Source of the DNA: a bacterium
GTDB taxonomy: Bacteria; Desulfobacterota; JAPLJL01
Direction of reading: 5' to 3'
DNA: 64,000 nt
NCBI GenBank assembly: GCA_028713675.1
Contig: JAQTNV010000001.1
Coordinates: 73,879-137,878, forward strand
Below are positions 29,799-39,114 of this stretch, one piece after another. The translations under genes and the position numbers were made by a program. The notes below the pieces were generated by a model, which was given only the letters and a program-made list of their open reading frames with translations, ran no database searches and was not told where the DNA came from. How positions within the stretch are numbered: position 1 is the first letter of the stretch; the number at the start of each line of letters is the position of its first letter.

Positions 29799-29964
29799 TA
29801 GGAAATTTTCCTGCCTTACAGAGGAATTCCAGAAAATCTCCCGGCACTGTTCTTTGATGGTAAAACCACCTAACAGATTGAAGTCATTGAAATTTTTTCA
29901 AACACCTCCGGGAGATATTTTCTTGGCACGCCGGTTGCTTTTATTAGAAAAGGAGGCAAACGGT

Positions 29965-30357
29965 ATGTTCGGATCAGAAAAAATAGACGGCAGAAAAATG
30001 GTTCTCCTGTATTCCTCCAATGATGATTTCCGGGAAGAACTCTATCCCTTTCTGAAGATTCTGGTCCCGGAGAGCGATCTGGTCGTCGGTAAAACCCAGG
30101 AGGAACTGCTCCGGATTCTGGGTTTGTCTCGGACAAATTTTATCGCAGTTCTCTTCGTTTCCAGCCAGAAAGAACTCAGTCAGCTGGTTTCCCTGCAGGA
30201 CCATCTGCGGGGCGCCAAGATCATCCTGGTGCTGCCCGACCGGGAAAAGCAGACCATCGCCGAGGGACACCAGCTTCAGCCCCGTTTCCTGACCTTCGCC
30301 AACGGAGATTTAGGGGAAGTAAAAGCCGTCCTGGGGAAAATGCTCTCGACCGCGTGA
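29965..30357 (+). CDS. hypothetical protein, degenerate receiver(CheY)-like fold
   Basis: AAGGAGG RBS at the internal ATG. Alternating beta/alpha pattern, but canonical REC acidic residues are missing. Confidence 0.45.
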   Translation: MFGSEKIDGRKMVLLYSSNDDFREELYPFLKILVPESDLVVGKTQEELLRILGLSRTNFIAVLFVSSQKELSQLVSLQDHLRGAKIILVLPDREKQTIAEGHQLQPRFLTFANGDLGEVKAVLGKMLSTA

Positions 30358-30399
30358 GCCGCCAGCCCCGGGATGATTATTAAAAGACAGGAGGCCAAC

Positions 30400-30966
30400 A
30401 TGGAAGAAATCAGAGTCGGAATGAAAGCCCCGGATTTTTCCCTGGAGGACTTTCGAGGCAACCGGTTCGTCCTCTCCGGTTATCAGGGGCGAAGCAAGGT
30501 AATGCTGGTTCTGCTGCGGGGATTCGCCTGCCGGAATTCCCAGTGGTACCTGGATGGTCTCCGGAACGATTACCCGAAATTCCGGAATCTGAATACCATC
30601 GTGGCCGCTGTCGGCCAGCACTCCAAGCGCGAATTCGCCAACATCTGGAAAACCTTCGCGCTTCCGATAATCGGCCTGCCGGACGACCGGGGAAAAGTGG
30701 CCCAACTTTATGGGCAGAAGGTTTTATTTGAAAAACTGGGGAGATTGCCCGCGCTCTTCATTATCGATCCCATCGGCTTCATCAGTTACGCGCATTATTG
30801 CGGGGACATCTTCGATTACCCCCACCAGGAAAAATTATTCTCGATCCTGGCGGATAAATATCTGCCGGCTCCGGTTTCACCCGATTTAGCTCCCTCGCGG
30901 AACGAATCTCCCGAATATTCCCTGCACCGGGAAAATTTCGGGAGGGCATCCGCGTCCAGGGCTTGA
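30400..30966 (+). CDS. thioredoxin-fold redoxin (AhpC/TSA-like), paralog 2
   Basis: ACAGGAGG RBS. About 55% identical to the 7542..8069 product (RGFACRNSQW, AAVGQHSK, LPALF). Confidence 0.72.
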   Translation: MEEIRVGMKAPDFSLEDFRGNRFVLSGYQGRSKVMLVLLRGFACRNSQWYLDGLRNDYPKFRNLNTIVAAVGQHSKREFANIWKTFALPIIGLPDDRGKVAQLYGQKVLFEKLGRLPALFIIDPIGFISYAHYCGDIFDYPHQEKLFSILADKYLPAPVSPDLAPSRNESPEYSLHRENFGRASASRA

Positions 30967-31015
30967 ATCGATTTTTACAAAAGGGGCCTTTCCCCGGGAT
31001 AAGGAGACCGGCTAA

Positions 31016-31774
31016 ATGAGGGAAATAAATAAACGGGGCGGGAATATTCGACTGTCGGATAAACCGGTTCAGAATCAGAAGTATAAAATGTTCATGAACA
31101 CGAACGGAAGAATCGTGATTCGGCCCGTCTGGGATGACACCATGCTTTTCTCCGGAGGGCTGGCCGCCGTCGAGATGAACGGTAAATGGGGATATATCGA
31201 CCGGAGCCGCCGGGTCGTCATTAAACCCCGGTTCGAGGAAGCCTACAACTTCTTTGAGGATCTGGCCCGGGTCCGGCAGGAAGGAAAATGGGGTTTTATC
31301 AACCGAAGGGGAATCCTGACGATCGCCCCCTTTTATGACGGCGCTTTGAGTTTTACCGAGGGGTTCGCAGGCGTAAAGCTGGACGGCAAATACGGGTATA
31401 TCAACCATGCCGGGATGATGGTGATCGAGCCCAGGTTCGAGGAGGCGTGGAGTTTTTCCGAAGGATTGGCAGGGGTTCGAATCGACGGGCGATGCGGTTA
31501 TATCGACCGCGACGGTTTCCTCGTTATCCGGCCCCGGTTCGAAATGGTCTCCCGGTTTTCCGAGGGACTGGCCCGGGTGAAACTGGGGAACAGATGGGGT
31601 TTTATCAATGAACAGGGCGCGGAGGTGATCGGCCCCAGGTTCGAATGGGCACTGGATTTTTTCAAGGGGAATGCTTACGTGTGGACCAGTTGCGGTATTC
31701 ACACCGTCAGCAAAACCGGATCGCTGTCCCCGGTCATCACGCGGGCGAAGACAGAGGTCCATAAATCCGCCTGA
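31016..31774 (+). CDS. WG-repeat (KWGYID/KWGFIN) beta-repeat protein
   Basis: Six or more ~38-aa repeats centred on GKWGYI(D/N). Confidence 0.8.
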   Translation: MREINKRGGNIRLSDKPVQNQKYKMFMNTNGRIVIRPVWDDTMLFSGGLAAVEMNGKWGYIDRSRRVVIKPRFEEAYNFFEDLARVRQEGKWGFINRRGILTIAPFYDGALSFTEGFAGVKLDGKYGYINHAGMMVIEPRFEEAWSFSEGLAGVRIDGRCGYIDRDGFLVIRPRFEMVSRFSEGLARVKLGNRWGFINEQGAEVIGPRFEWALDFFKGNAYVWTSCGIHTVSKTGSLSPVITRAKTEVHKSA

Positions 31775-31809
31775 AATAGAGGGTCGGGAATTGTCATCCG
31801 ACAAGGGTT

Positions 31810-32358
31810 TTAAATAAACAAAATCTTGCCCTTTTCTTCCGTTTCCATCCGGTCGATTTGCTGCTCAAGGCTGTCCTGTTTTTTAACCATTTTCTGTTCG
31901 TACATCGACTGGTCTGCCCTCTCCATTAACTTTTCAATCGAATTCACCAACCCGTGTTCGTAGCTGGCCGTTCCGATACTGGCTGAGAGTTTGCAGTCCC
32001 GGAGAGTATTGAGATTGTAGCCGGCGATACCCTCCTCCAGCCTCTGCATAATAATATCGGCGTTGCTGCCCCCGTTAACTGCTAAAATCACGAACTCATC
32101 CCCTCCGATCCTGCCGATGATGTCCGATTCCCGAAAAATATTCTGTAAAACTCTGGCCATTTCCACCAAGACCTGGTCGCCGGTACTATGGCCAAAAATA
32201 TCATTAAAAATTTTCATCCCATCCATATCGGCGTAGATCAGATGAATCTCTTTTTTCATCCGCACGGCGATTTTCATCTGCTGTTGAGCCAGGGCCAGAA
32301 ATCCCCGACGGTTATAAAGGCCGGTTAATTCATCATTTGATCGAAATACTTCTGCCAT
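31810..32358 (-). CDS. standalone GGDEF-domain protein (diguanylate cyclase catalytic domain only)
   Basis: DELTGLYNRRGF start and an intact GGDEF motif. No sensor domain. Confidence 0.85.
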   Translation of the reverse strand: MAEVFRSNDELTGLYNRRGFLALAQQQMKIAVRMKKEIHLIYADMDGMKIFNDIFGHSTGDQVLVEMARVLQNIFRESDIIGRIGGDEFVILAVNGGSNADIIMQRLEEGIAGYNLNTLRDCKLSASIGTASYEHGLVNSIEKLMERADQSMYEQKMVKKQDSLEQQIDRMETEEKGKILFI

Positions 32359-32498
32359 TTGAAAAATGTTTTCACATGTACCACATCAAAGAGTCCCCGC
32401 TGGCCTGGATTAAAGCTTCAGTCATCTTGCTGTGTTCCCGCCGGTTTTCTTCGATAAATAAAACCCGGGTTCGAATATCATTCACTTTATTAACAATC

Positions 32499-32747
32499 CT
32501 AATTTATATCTCTATTAAACAAATTCGCCCCACCGCTGGTAAAATCGCGATTATCCAGACCCCATTGGTTTTCGCTGACTTTCCATCTGATCAACCCTTC
32601 GGCCGCCAAAGCAGCGATCGCAATTGCAATCCGGTGCAGGTTATGCTCTCCGATAATTTCTGAGATCTCGGCCCCGGAGGATTGCCATTCTCCCCCTTCC
32701 AATTCCAACAACCAGATGATTCTTTCTTTAATTTCTCTTTCGGTCAT
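32499..32747 (-). CDS. hypothetical small protein (82 aa)
   Basis: ORF immediately downstream of 32760..33056 on the same strand. Confidence 0.4.
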   Translation of the reverse strand: MTEREIKERIIWLLELEGGEWQSSGAEISEIIGEHNLHRIAIAIAALAAEGLIRWKVSENQWGLDNRDFTSGGANLFNRDIN

Positions 32748-32759
32748 ATTCGCCTCCTC

Positions 32760-33056
32760 TCAATTCCCTAACCGCCGAAACGCCTCGTGACATTCGCCCG
32801 GCCGCCTACCCACAACTTTAACCCGGCAATCCTTCAACCTGCCCGTTAATTTTATCCGCCCGGTTTCCAGCAGGTCGGAAAATACCTCAGCCACCAACCA
32901 ATCTGATCCCGGGAAGTCCTCATTCACTGCTTCGTCGATCGCCTGAATTATTTCAAACAGACTGGTTTTAATTATGGTAGATGAGGGAATCTTACTCGGC
33001 TCGTTTAACCCCGCCCATCCCGCCTTGGCCGACATGTTTGCTACGTTGGTTTCCAT
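32760..33056 (-). CDS. hypothetical small protein (98 aa)
   Basis: ORF. It pairs with 32499..32747 as a two-gene unit. Confidence 0.4.
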   Translation of the reverse strand: METNVANMSAKAGWAGLNEPSKIPSSTIIKTSLFEIIQAIDEAVNEDFPGSDWLVAEVFSDLLETGRIKLTGRLKDCRVKVVGRRPGECHEAFRRLGN

Positions 33057-33391
33057 GTTACCGCTCCTTTTCTAAATTCGCCCTGGTTCTTAACCGTTCA
33101 CCCTGTTTTAAATCCTTTGTTTTTTTCATGTGAGGGTAAGAAGCAAAAAGAATGCCAGGCAAACTTCTTTTCGAACGAAAGTTCCATCTTGTTGTTTTTT
33201 AATTACTTTTTGCCCAAAACCGGATCAAGCGGAGTATGGGAAAAGGAAAAGACAATTACTGCCGGGCAGGAATAGTTTACTGCGCCGCAAAGAAATCCAG
33301 GGAAAATCCGGGGGACATTTTATTCGTCCATCTCATTTAACCAGTTGAAATAATTGAAATATTTAAAAAATACCGCTGCCGGCCGCACCGG

Positions 33392-33407
33392 TGGCACATT
33401 GGTTGCT
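33392..33407 (+). promoter_or_regulatory. candidate sigma-54 promoter TGGCAC-attgg-TTGCT
   Basis: Near-perfect -24/-12 consensus (TGGCAC N5 TTGCW) about 50 bp upstream of the 33456 start. Confidence 0.6.
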
Positions 33408-33455
33408 TTCTTAAATAAATGTGATTCGTAAGGGCAATAAAATGGGGGATTCGGT

Positions 33456-34910
33456 ATGGATCAATTAAATTCTGAATACGATGTCGTGGTGATCGGGGGC
33501 GGGCTCGCGGGCCTGACCGGCGCAAATCAGCTGGCGAAGTGGGGAAGAAAGGTTCTGCTCCTCGAGCGCCAGCCCAGCCTCGGCGGCCTGGCGGCCTGGT
33601 TCCGGCGCCGCGGAGGGCATATTTTTGATGTTTCGCTCCATGGCTTTCCCTTCGGAATGAAAAAATTCTGCCGCAAATACTGGAACCAAAACATCGCCGA
33701 TTCAATCATTCAACTCCCCCGGGTCCGGATTGACAATCCCCAGTTCGATGTGACCAGCACCTTTGAACTCAGCGACTTCAGCCGACTCCTGGTCGAGCGT
33801 TTTAAAGCCGGCCGGGAAAAAGTCGATCGGTTTTTCCGCTACTTGAAAGGCATTGATTTTTATCTGAAAGGTCTGGATTTAATTTCCAATGCCCTCCAGA
33901 CCACCGGGCAGCTCCTGGAGGAATATTTCCCCGGCCGGCCCGATATCCACCGTCTGCTGATGGAACCCATGACTTATGCCAACGGCTCCAGCCCCGATGA
34001 ACCGGCGGTTACCTACGGAGTCGTCTTCGGAAATTTCTTGAACCAGGGAATTTTTACTTTCCAGGGAGGCACCGATCAACTCCTCCAGGAAATGCAAAAG
34101 GAATTGGTAAAAAACGGTGTCCATTTACGGAATAATGTCCAGGTCGAGAAAATCCTGCTGCAAAAGGGAAAAGTAAACGGAATCGAGATCGGGGGCCAGA
34201 CCATCCGCTGCCGGGCGGTCCTCTCCAATGCCAATCTCCTCAAGACCATCACAGATCTTACCGGACCGGAATACTTCTCCACCGGCTACCTCGACCAGGT
34301 CAGGTCGATGCGGCTCTCCAACTCCAGCTGCCAGGTGTACCTGGGAATCCGGGAGAAGGAAGAGATCCCGGACGTCGGGGACGTGATTTTTACCTCCACC
34401 TACCCCCATTACGACCCGGAAGCGCTCCGGTGCTCCCGGGATTTAACCAGCGAGTCTTTCTCCTTCTACTCCCCCAAGATCCGCCCGGGACACGACCGGT
34501 ACGAGATTGTCGCTTCCACTAACGCCAGGTGGGAGGACTGGGCCGATCTTCCCAAGGAAGAATACCGGTCCGAAAAACAAAAGCTCATCCAGAAAACAAT
34601 CGCCAACCTGGAAAAATACATTCCGGGGATCACGGAAAAGATCGATTACCAGGAAGCGGCTACTCCGCTGACATTCGCCCGCTACGCCGGCCACGAAAAA
34701 GGGGCCTCGTTCGGGACCAAATTCGAAGGCCTGAATGTCAGCCAAAACCTCCCCAAGCAGGTTGAGGGGCTGTTCCACGCCGGGTCCGTCGGCATCATTA
34801 TGTCCGGCTGGCTGGGAACGGTAACCTACGGCGAGATCGTGGCCCATAAGCTGGAGGGTTTTTTAAGTTCCCCCTCCCGGGGAAACCAAGTAAGCATTAA
34901 TGAAGTCTGA
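33456..34910 (+). CDS. FAD/NAD(P)-dependent oxidoreductase, phytoene desaturase (CrtI)-like family
   Basis: N-terminal DVVVIGGGLAGL dinucleotide-binding motif. 484 aa with the CrtI/amine-oxidase-like architecture. Confidence 0.82.
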   Translation: MDQLNSEYDVVVIGGGLAGLTGANQLAKWGRKVLLLERQPSLGGLAAWFRRRGGHIFDVSLHGFPFGMKKFCRKYWNQNIADSIIQLPRVRIDNPQFDVTSTFELSDFSRLLVERFKAGREKVDRFFRYLKGIDFYLKGLDLISNALQTTGQLLEEYFPGRPDIHRLLMEPMTYANGSSPDEPAVTYGVVFGNFLNQGIFTFQGGTDQLLQEMQKELVKNGVHLRNNVQVEKILLQKGKVNGIEIGGQTIRCRAVLSNANLLKTITDLTGPEYFSTGYLDQVRSMRLSNSSCQVYLGIREKEEIPDVGDVIFTSTYPHYDPEALRCSRDLTSESFSFYSPKIRPGHDRYEIVASTNARWEDWADLPKEEYRSEKQKLIQKTIANLEKYIPGITEKIDYQEAATPLTFARYAGHEKGASFGTKFEGLNVSQNLPKQVEGLFHAGSVGIIMSGWLGTVTYGEIVAHKLEGFLSSPSRGNQVSINEV

Positions 34911-35069
34911 TTTAACCGGCCAGATCGCGACGGTCACCGGCAGCGGTAAAGAAATTCGAAAAGTGAAAGGTGGAACGACCAAAAGTTTATCAATAAATAT
35001 TTCAGTCTATTAGATAGAGGGAAACGATCAGAAAACCCCAATATTCCGAAAAACGGAGAAAAGGAGAAA

Positions 35070-35501
35070 ATGACCATGGCAAGAGGATCAAAAGAGATAT
35101 TGGATCTCCTGAATCAGGCCATCGCCCGCGAACTCCAGGTGGCCATCCAGTACATGTGGCAGCACGTGCTTTGGAGCGGGGTCAAGGGAATCGCGGTTAA
35201 AGATGCCCTGAAGAGCATCGCCATCGAAGAGATGAAACACGCCGAATCCATCGCCGAGCGGCTCAATTACCTGGGTGACATCCCCACCACCAAGCCCTCG
35301 CCGATTTTTGTCGGGGAAAACCTGAAAGAGATGATTACCCAGGACCGGAAGGATGAAGAGAACGCGATCACGCTTTACAAGAAAATCATCGGCGTGGCCC
35401 GAAAAGAGGGAGACGAAACCACGAGCCTGCTTTTTCAAAAGATCCTCACGGACGAGGAAGATCACCACGACACTTTCGAAACCTTGCTGGAAGAAATTTA
35501 A
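35070..35501 (+). CDS. bfr: bacterioferritin / ferritin-like diiron protein
   Basis: ILDLLNQAIARELQVAIQY...EEMKHAE...EEDHHD ferroxidase-centre ligands. Confidence 0.82.
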   Translation: MTMARGSKEILDLLNQAIARELQVAIQYMWQHVLWSGVKGIAVKDALKSIAIEEMKHAESIAERLNYLGDIPTTKPSPIFVGENLKEMITQDRKDEENAITLYKKIIGVARKEGDETTSLLFQKILTDEEDHHDTFETLLEEI

Positions 35502-35575
35502 TTTTGTATTTAAGAAATATCTAAACGGTGATTATTTTTTCATAGGGTAGCCCTTCAGGGGGAACCCTTAACTGT

Positions 35576-35610
35576 CTGGCCCGAGGCTCCCTAGGCGAGC
35601 CTCGGGCCAG
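35576..35610 (+). other. 13-bp perfect stem hairpin (ctggcccgaggct..agcctcgggccag) without T-run
   Basis: Direct reading. Lies between bfr and the ABC operon. Confidence 0.4.
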
Positions 35611-35746
35611 CCGGGCAGACAACCGGCTCCTCCCCGGACGGCCGGGAAAAGTATTTTTGTCCAACGAAACCCAGCTTCCTGTAAATTTTCGGATCATCTC
35701 GCGTTTTTCTCCGGTTTTTCTTAAGCTAAGGTAAACGCTAATTATC

Positions 35747-36727
35747 ATGTCCATGGACGAGTATCAATTAAACTGCAATTCTCAGCCCTCAGCGGATGTG
35801 ACACCCGTGATCCGGTGCCGCGACCTGGTCGTGGCCTACGGAAGCCTGGTGGCGGTGAACGGGCTCTCCCTGAAAATCCGCCGGGGCGAGTGCTTCGGCC
35901 TGCTCGGTCCCAACGGGGCGGGCAAGACCACCGCCGTGGAGGTGTTCGAGGGACTGCTCCGCCCCCGGTCCGGGTCGGTGGAGATCCTGGGGGAAACCTG
36001 GGGGCGGAGCGAAGCCGGCGACCGCCGCCTCCGCCAGCGCCTGGGCGTCGCCCTGCAGGAAACGCATTTCCCGGAAAATCTCACCGTGTTCGAGATCATC
36101 CGGCTTTTCCGGAGTTTCTACCGCGGCGGCCGGGAAATAAATGATCTGATCTCGCTCCTGGGACTGGAGGAGAAAAGAAACGCCCGGGTGGGAAAACTTT
36201 CCGGCGGCCAGCGCCAGCGCCTGGCCCTGTCCTGCGCCCTGGTGGGAAATCCCGAGATCATTTTTCTGGACGAGCCCACCACCGGCCTCGATCCGCAGGC
36301 CCGGTTGGTCATCTGGCAGGCGGTCGAGGCCCTGGTCCGGGACGGCCGCACGGTGGTCCTGACCACCCATTACATGGAAGAAGCCGCCCGCCTCTGCCGG
36401 CGGGTGGGCATCATCGATTCCGGCCGCCTGATCGCCCTGGATTCCCCGGCCGGACTGGTCCGGACGCTCGGGGCCGGGGAGATCGTGGAGCTCAAGATGG
36501 AAGGCGAGTTCCCGCTGGAATCCGTGCGCCGGGTCCCCGGCGTTCACCGGGCCGAGAAGCGGGACCGGCAATGGATCCTGATGGTAAACGATTCGGCCCA
36601 AACGCTCCCGGGGATCCTGAACACCCTCTCCGTTCAGGGAATGCGGGTGGATTCCGTTTCCACCCACCAGGCCACCCTGGAAGATGTCTTCGTGCAACTG
36701 ACCGGGAAAGGACTCGGCGATGAATAA
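35747..36727 (+). CDS. ABC transporter ATP-binding protein
   Basis: Walker A GPNGAGKTT, LSGGQRQR signature, Walker B IIFLDEPTTGLD. Confidence 0.9.
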   Translation: MSMDEYQLNCNSQPSADVTPVIRCRDLVVAYGSLVAVNGLSLKIRRGECFGLLGPNGAGKTTAVEVFEGLLRPRSGSVEILGETWGRSEAGDRRLRQRLGVALQETHFPENLTVFEIIRLFRSFYRGGREINDLISLLGLEEKRNARVGKLSGGQRQRLALSCALVGNPEIIFLDEPTTGLDPQARLVIWQAVEALVRDGRTVVLTTHYMEEAARLCRRVGIIDSGRLIALDSPAGLVRTLGAGEIVELKMEGEFPLESVRRVPGVHRAEKRDRQWILMVNDSAQTLPGILNTLSVQGMRVDSVSTHQATLEDVFVQLTGKGLGDE

Positions 36728-37802
36728 GGACAGCGCGCGGAGACCTCATCCCCTCGTTGAGCTGACCAAGGCCAGGTTCCTGGAATTTCTCCGCGATCAC
36801 TCCGCGATTTTCTGGGTTTTTGTCTTCCCGATCCTGCTCACCGTCGTCCTCGGAATCGCTTTCAAGAACCAGGGGCCGGAAAAAATCGAAGTGGGGTTCC
36901 TGGGCCCGGCCGCGGAAGAACTCGTCGGACGGATCGACGCGCAAAAACCGGCGGGAAAACAGGGCCAGCTGAAACTGACCCTGATGAATCCGAGGCAGGC
37001 CTCCGCGGCGCTCAAGTCCGGCAAGATCGATCTCATCGTAAGAACGGAACCCCAGGCGGGCGGGACGCCGATGATAACCTACCAGTACGATCCCGCCCGG
37101 CCGGGAGCCCAGATGGCGCGGCTGGCCGTGGACAATCTGGTGCAAAGGGCCTACGGACGAATCGACGCCGTTCACGTCAGCGAAGAACAGGCCGAGGAAA
37201 AAGGCGGCCGTTACATCGATTTCCTCATCCCGGGGCTGATCGGGCTGAACGTCATGGGCAGCTGCATGTGGGGCCTCGGGTATGCCATCGTCGACTCCCG
37301 CCGGCGCAAGCTCCTGAAGCGTTTCGCGGTCACCCCCATGAACCGGTCCCATTTCCTGCTCTCTTTCGCCCTTTCCCGGATTATTTTTCTCGTCATGGAA
37401 GTGGGATTCCTGGTGCTTTTCGCCTTCCTGGTCTTCAGCGTCCGGATCCAGGGCGATATTTTCACCCTGGCCCTGGTGGCGTTGGTTGGAACCGCCGCGT
37501 TTTCCGGCTTGGCCCTCCTCATCGCCTCCCGGACCGCCAGCACCGAAGCCGCCTCCGGCTGGATGAACCTGGTCCAGCTCCCCATGTGGCTCCTCTCGGG
37601 TTCATTCTTCGCTTATTCCCGCTTCCCCGAGTTTCTCCACCCCTGGATCCGCTTCCTGCCCCTGACCGCCCTGAATGACGCCGCCCGTGCGGTGATGAAC
37701 GACGGCTCCGGGATAAGCGCGATCACCTGGGAGCTGGCCGTCCTCGCGTTCTGGAGCCTGATCAGCTTCTCCATCGCCTTGAAGATATTCAAATGGCATT
37801 GA
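36720..37802 (+). CDS. ABC-2 type exporter permease
   Basis: Overlaps the ATPase gene by 8 nt. Six-TM ABC-2 topology. Confidence 0.85.
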   Translation: MNKDSARRPHPLVELTKARFLEFLRDHSAIFWVFVFPILLTVVLGIAFKNQGPEKIEVGFLGPAAEELVGRIDAQKPAGKQGQLKLTLMNPRQASAALKSGKIDLIVRTEPQAGGTPMITYQYDPARPGAQMARLAVDNLVQRAYGRIDAVHVSEEQAEEKGGRYIDFLIPGLIGLNVMGSCMWGLGYAIVDSRRRKLLKRFAVTPMNRSHFLLSFALSRIIFLVMEVGFLVLFAFLVFSVRIQGDIFTLALVALVGTAAFSGLALLIASRTASTEAASGWMNLVQLPMWLLSGSFFAYSRFPEFLHPWIRFLPLTALNDAARAVMNDGSGISAITWELAVLAFWSLISFSIALKIFKWH

Positions 37803-37922
37803 CGAGAAAACCAGGTCATAGGTGATAGGTGTTAGATTTTAGGTGTTGGGTTTTACCCATAACCCATAACCTATGACCCATGACCGAATATCAGTTGACC
37901 AATTAGATGAAAGGAGGCTGAA
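37803..37922. repeat. GGTCATAGGTGATAGG / CCATAACCCATAACC array
   Basis: Direct reading. Confidence 0.7.
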
Positions 37923-38576
37923 ATGACTGATGCCACCATGCAAGCGTTAAACGGGCTCCGGGACCTGCACATGCTCAAATGGTATGTCATCCCGCTCCTG
38001 GCGATCGTGTTTTACATCTACACCAAGGAGATCAAGCTCGCGCGGAAGACCGCGGATTGGAACGCGGTCCTCTGCGGCGCCACTATCCTGGGCGTGGATT
38101 TCTGGAACGAGACCTGGAACGGGTGGGTCATGCATCTCACCCAGCGTTCCGCCTTCTGGACCACGCCGGGCGACACGGCCCTGCGGACGACGGTGGGATG
38201 GAACATCGAGATCATTTTCATGTTCGCCATCCTGGGCATCATTTACTACCACACCCTCTCCGAGGGCATGCGGGGGAAAATCCTGGGCATCCCCGAGATG
38301 TGGTTCTGGGCCGTCGTTTACTCGTGCGTCTGCGTCTTCGTGGAATGCATGTTGAACCTCGGCGGTCACCTGGTCTGGGAATATCCTTTCTGGAACCTTT
38401 CATTAACAGGAATCCCGCTGATCTTCCTGGTCGGGTACTTCCAATTTTTCTGCGCCTGCATCTGGGTCATCACCCGCCCGAATCTGAAGGCCAAGGTCGG
38501 CCTGGTGGTCTTTTTCTACACGGTGCCGATCCTGATGAACGTCCTGGCCTTCGGTTTCCTCGGGTGGAATTATTAG
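37923..38576 (+). CDS. hypothetical polytopic membrane protein (217 aa)
   Basis: GGAGG RBS and about six hydrophobic segments. Confidence 0.6.
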   Translation: MTDATMQALNGLRDLHMLKWYVIPLLAIVFYIYTKEIKLARKTADWNAVLCGATILGVDFWNETWNGWVMHLTQRSAFWTTPGDTALRTTVGWNIEIIFMFAILGIIYYHTLSEGMRGKILGIPEMWFWAVVYSCVCVFVECMLNLGGHLVWEYPFWNLSLTGIPLIFLVGYFQFFCACIWVITRPNLKAKVGLVVFFYTVPILMNVLAFGFLGWNY

Positions 38577-38584
38577 GGCGCAAT

Positions 38585-38920
38585 GTGGCGACCAGTCAAA
38601 GCACCATCGACTTCCTGCTCGACCAGCTTCGCGCCCTGCCCGGGGTCCGGGCGCGCAAGATGTTCGGCGAATACGCGCTCTATTGCGGGGAAAAGGTCGT
38701 CGCGCTCGTGTGCGACAACCAGCTGTTCGTCAAAATTACCCCGGCCGGTAAAGCGCTGGTGGGTGAGCGCTACCGGGAAGGCGAGGCCTACCCGGGCGCG
38801 AAGCCGTCCATGCTGATCGACGCCGACGAGATCGAGGACTATGAGCGGCTCTGTGAACTCATCCGCGTCACCGCCGCCTCACTGCCCCCGCCCAAACCCA
38901 AGAAGCCGAAGAGGAAATAA
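38585..38920 (+). CDS. TfoX N-terminal domain protein
   Basis: GTG start. RKMFGEYALYCGEKVVALVCDNQLFVK matches the TfoX_N core. It is the C-terminal part of track ORF 37979..38920, whose upstream part is antisense noise. Confidence 0.65.
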   Translation: MATSQSTIDFLLDQLRALPGVRARKMFGEYALYCGEKVVALVCDNQLFVKITPAGKALVGERYREGEAYPGAKPSMLIDADEIEDYERLCELIRVTAASLPPPKPKKPKRK

Positions 38921-39114
38921 GCAGGGGCGGGGGTTACCTGTCCTGAGTAAAGCCGAAGGATCCCCGCCCGAATGCGGGAGGGCACTGGGCCCTCCCCGAC
39001 AGAACAAAGCCCGATCCTTCCGCTGTCAGGACAAGTGAATCGGGCGACTACAGATGCAGGGGTCGATGCCCTCATCGGCCTGAAGACCCGCCAGCCACAA
39101 TCTGAAACCTGATC

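Noticed and set aside
37979-38920. 313-aa plus ORF spanning the membrane-protein gene and the TfoX gene
   Set aside because: Only the last 111 codons (from the GTG at 38585) show protein-like sequence (TfoX_N). The upstream part is an alternative frame of the 37923..38576 membrane gene.
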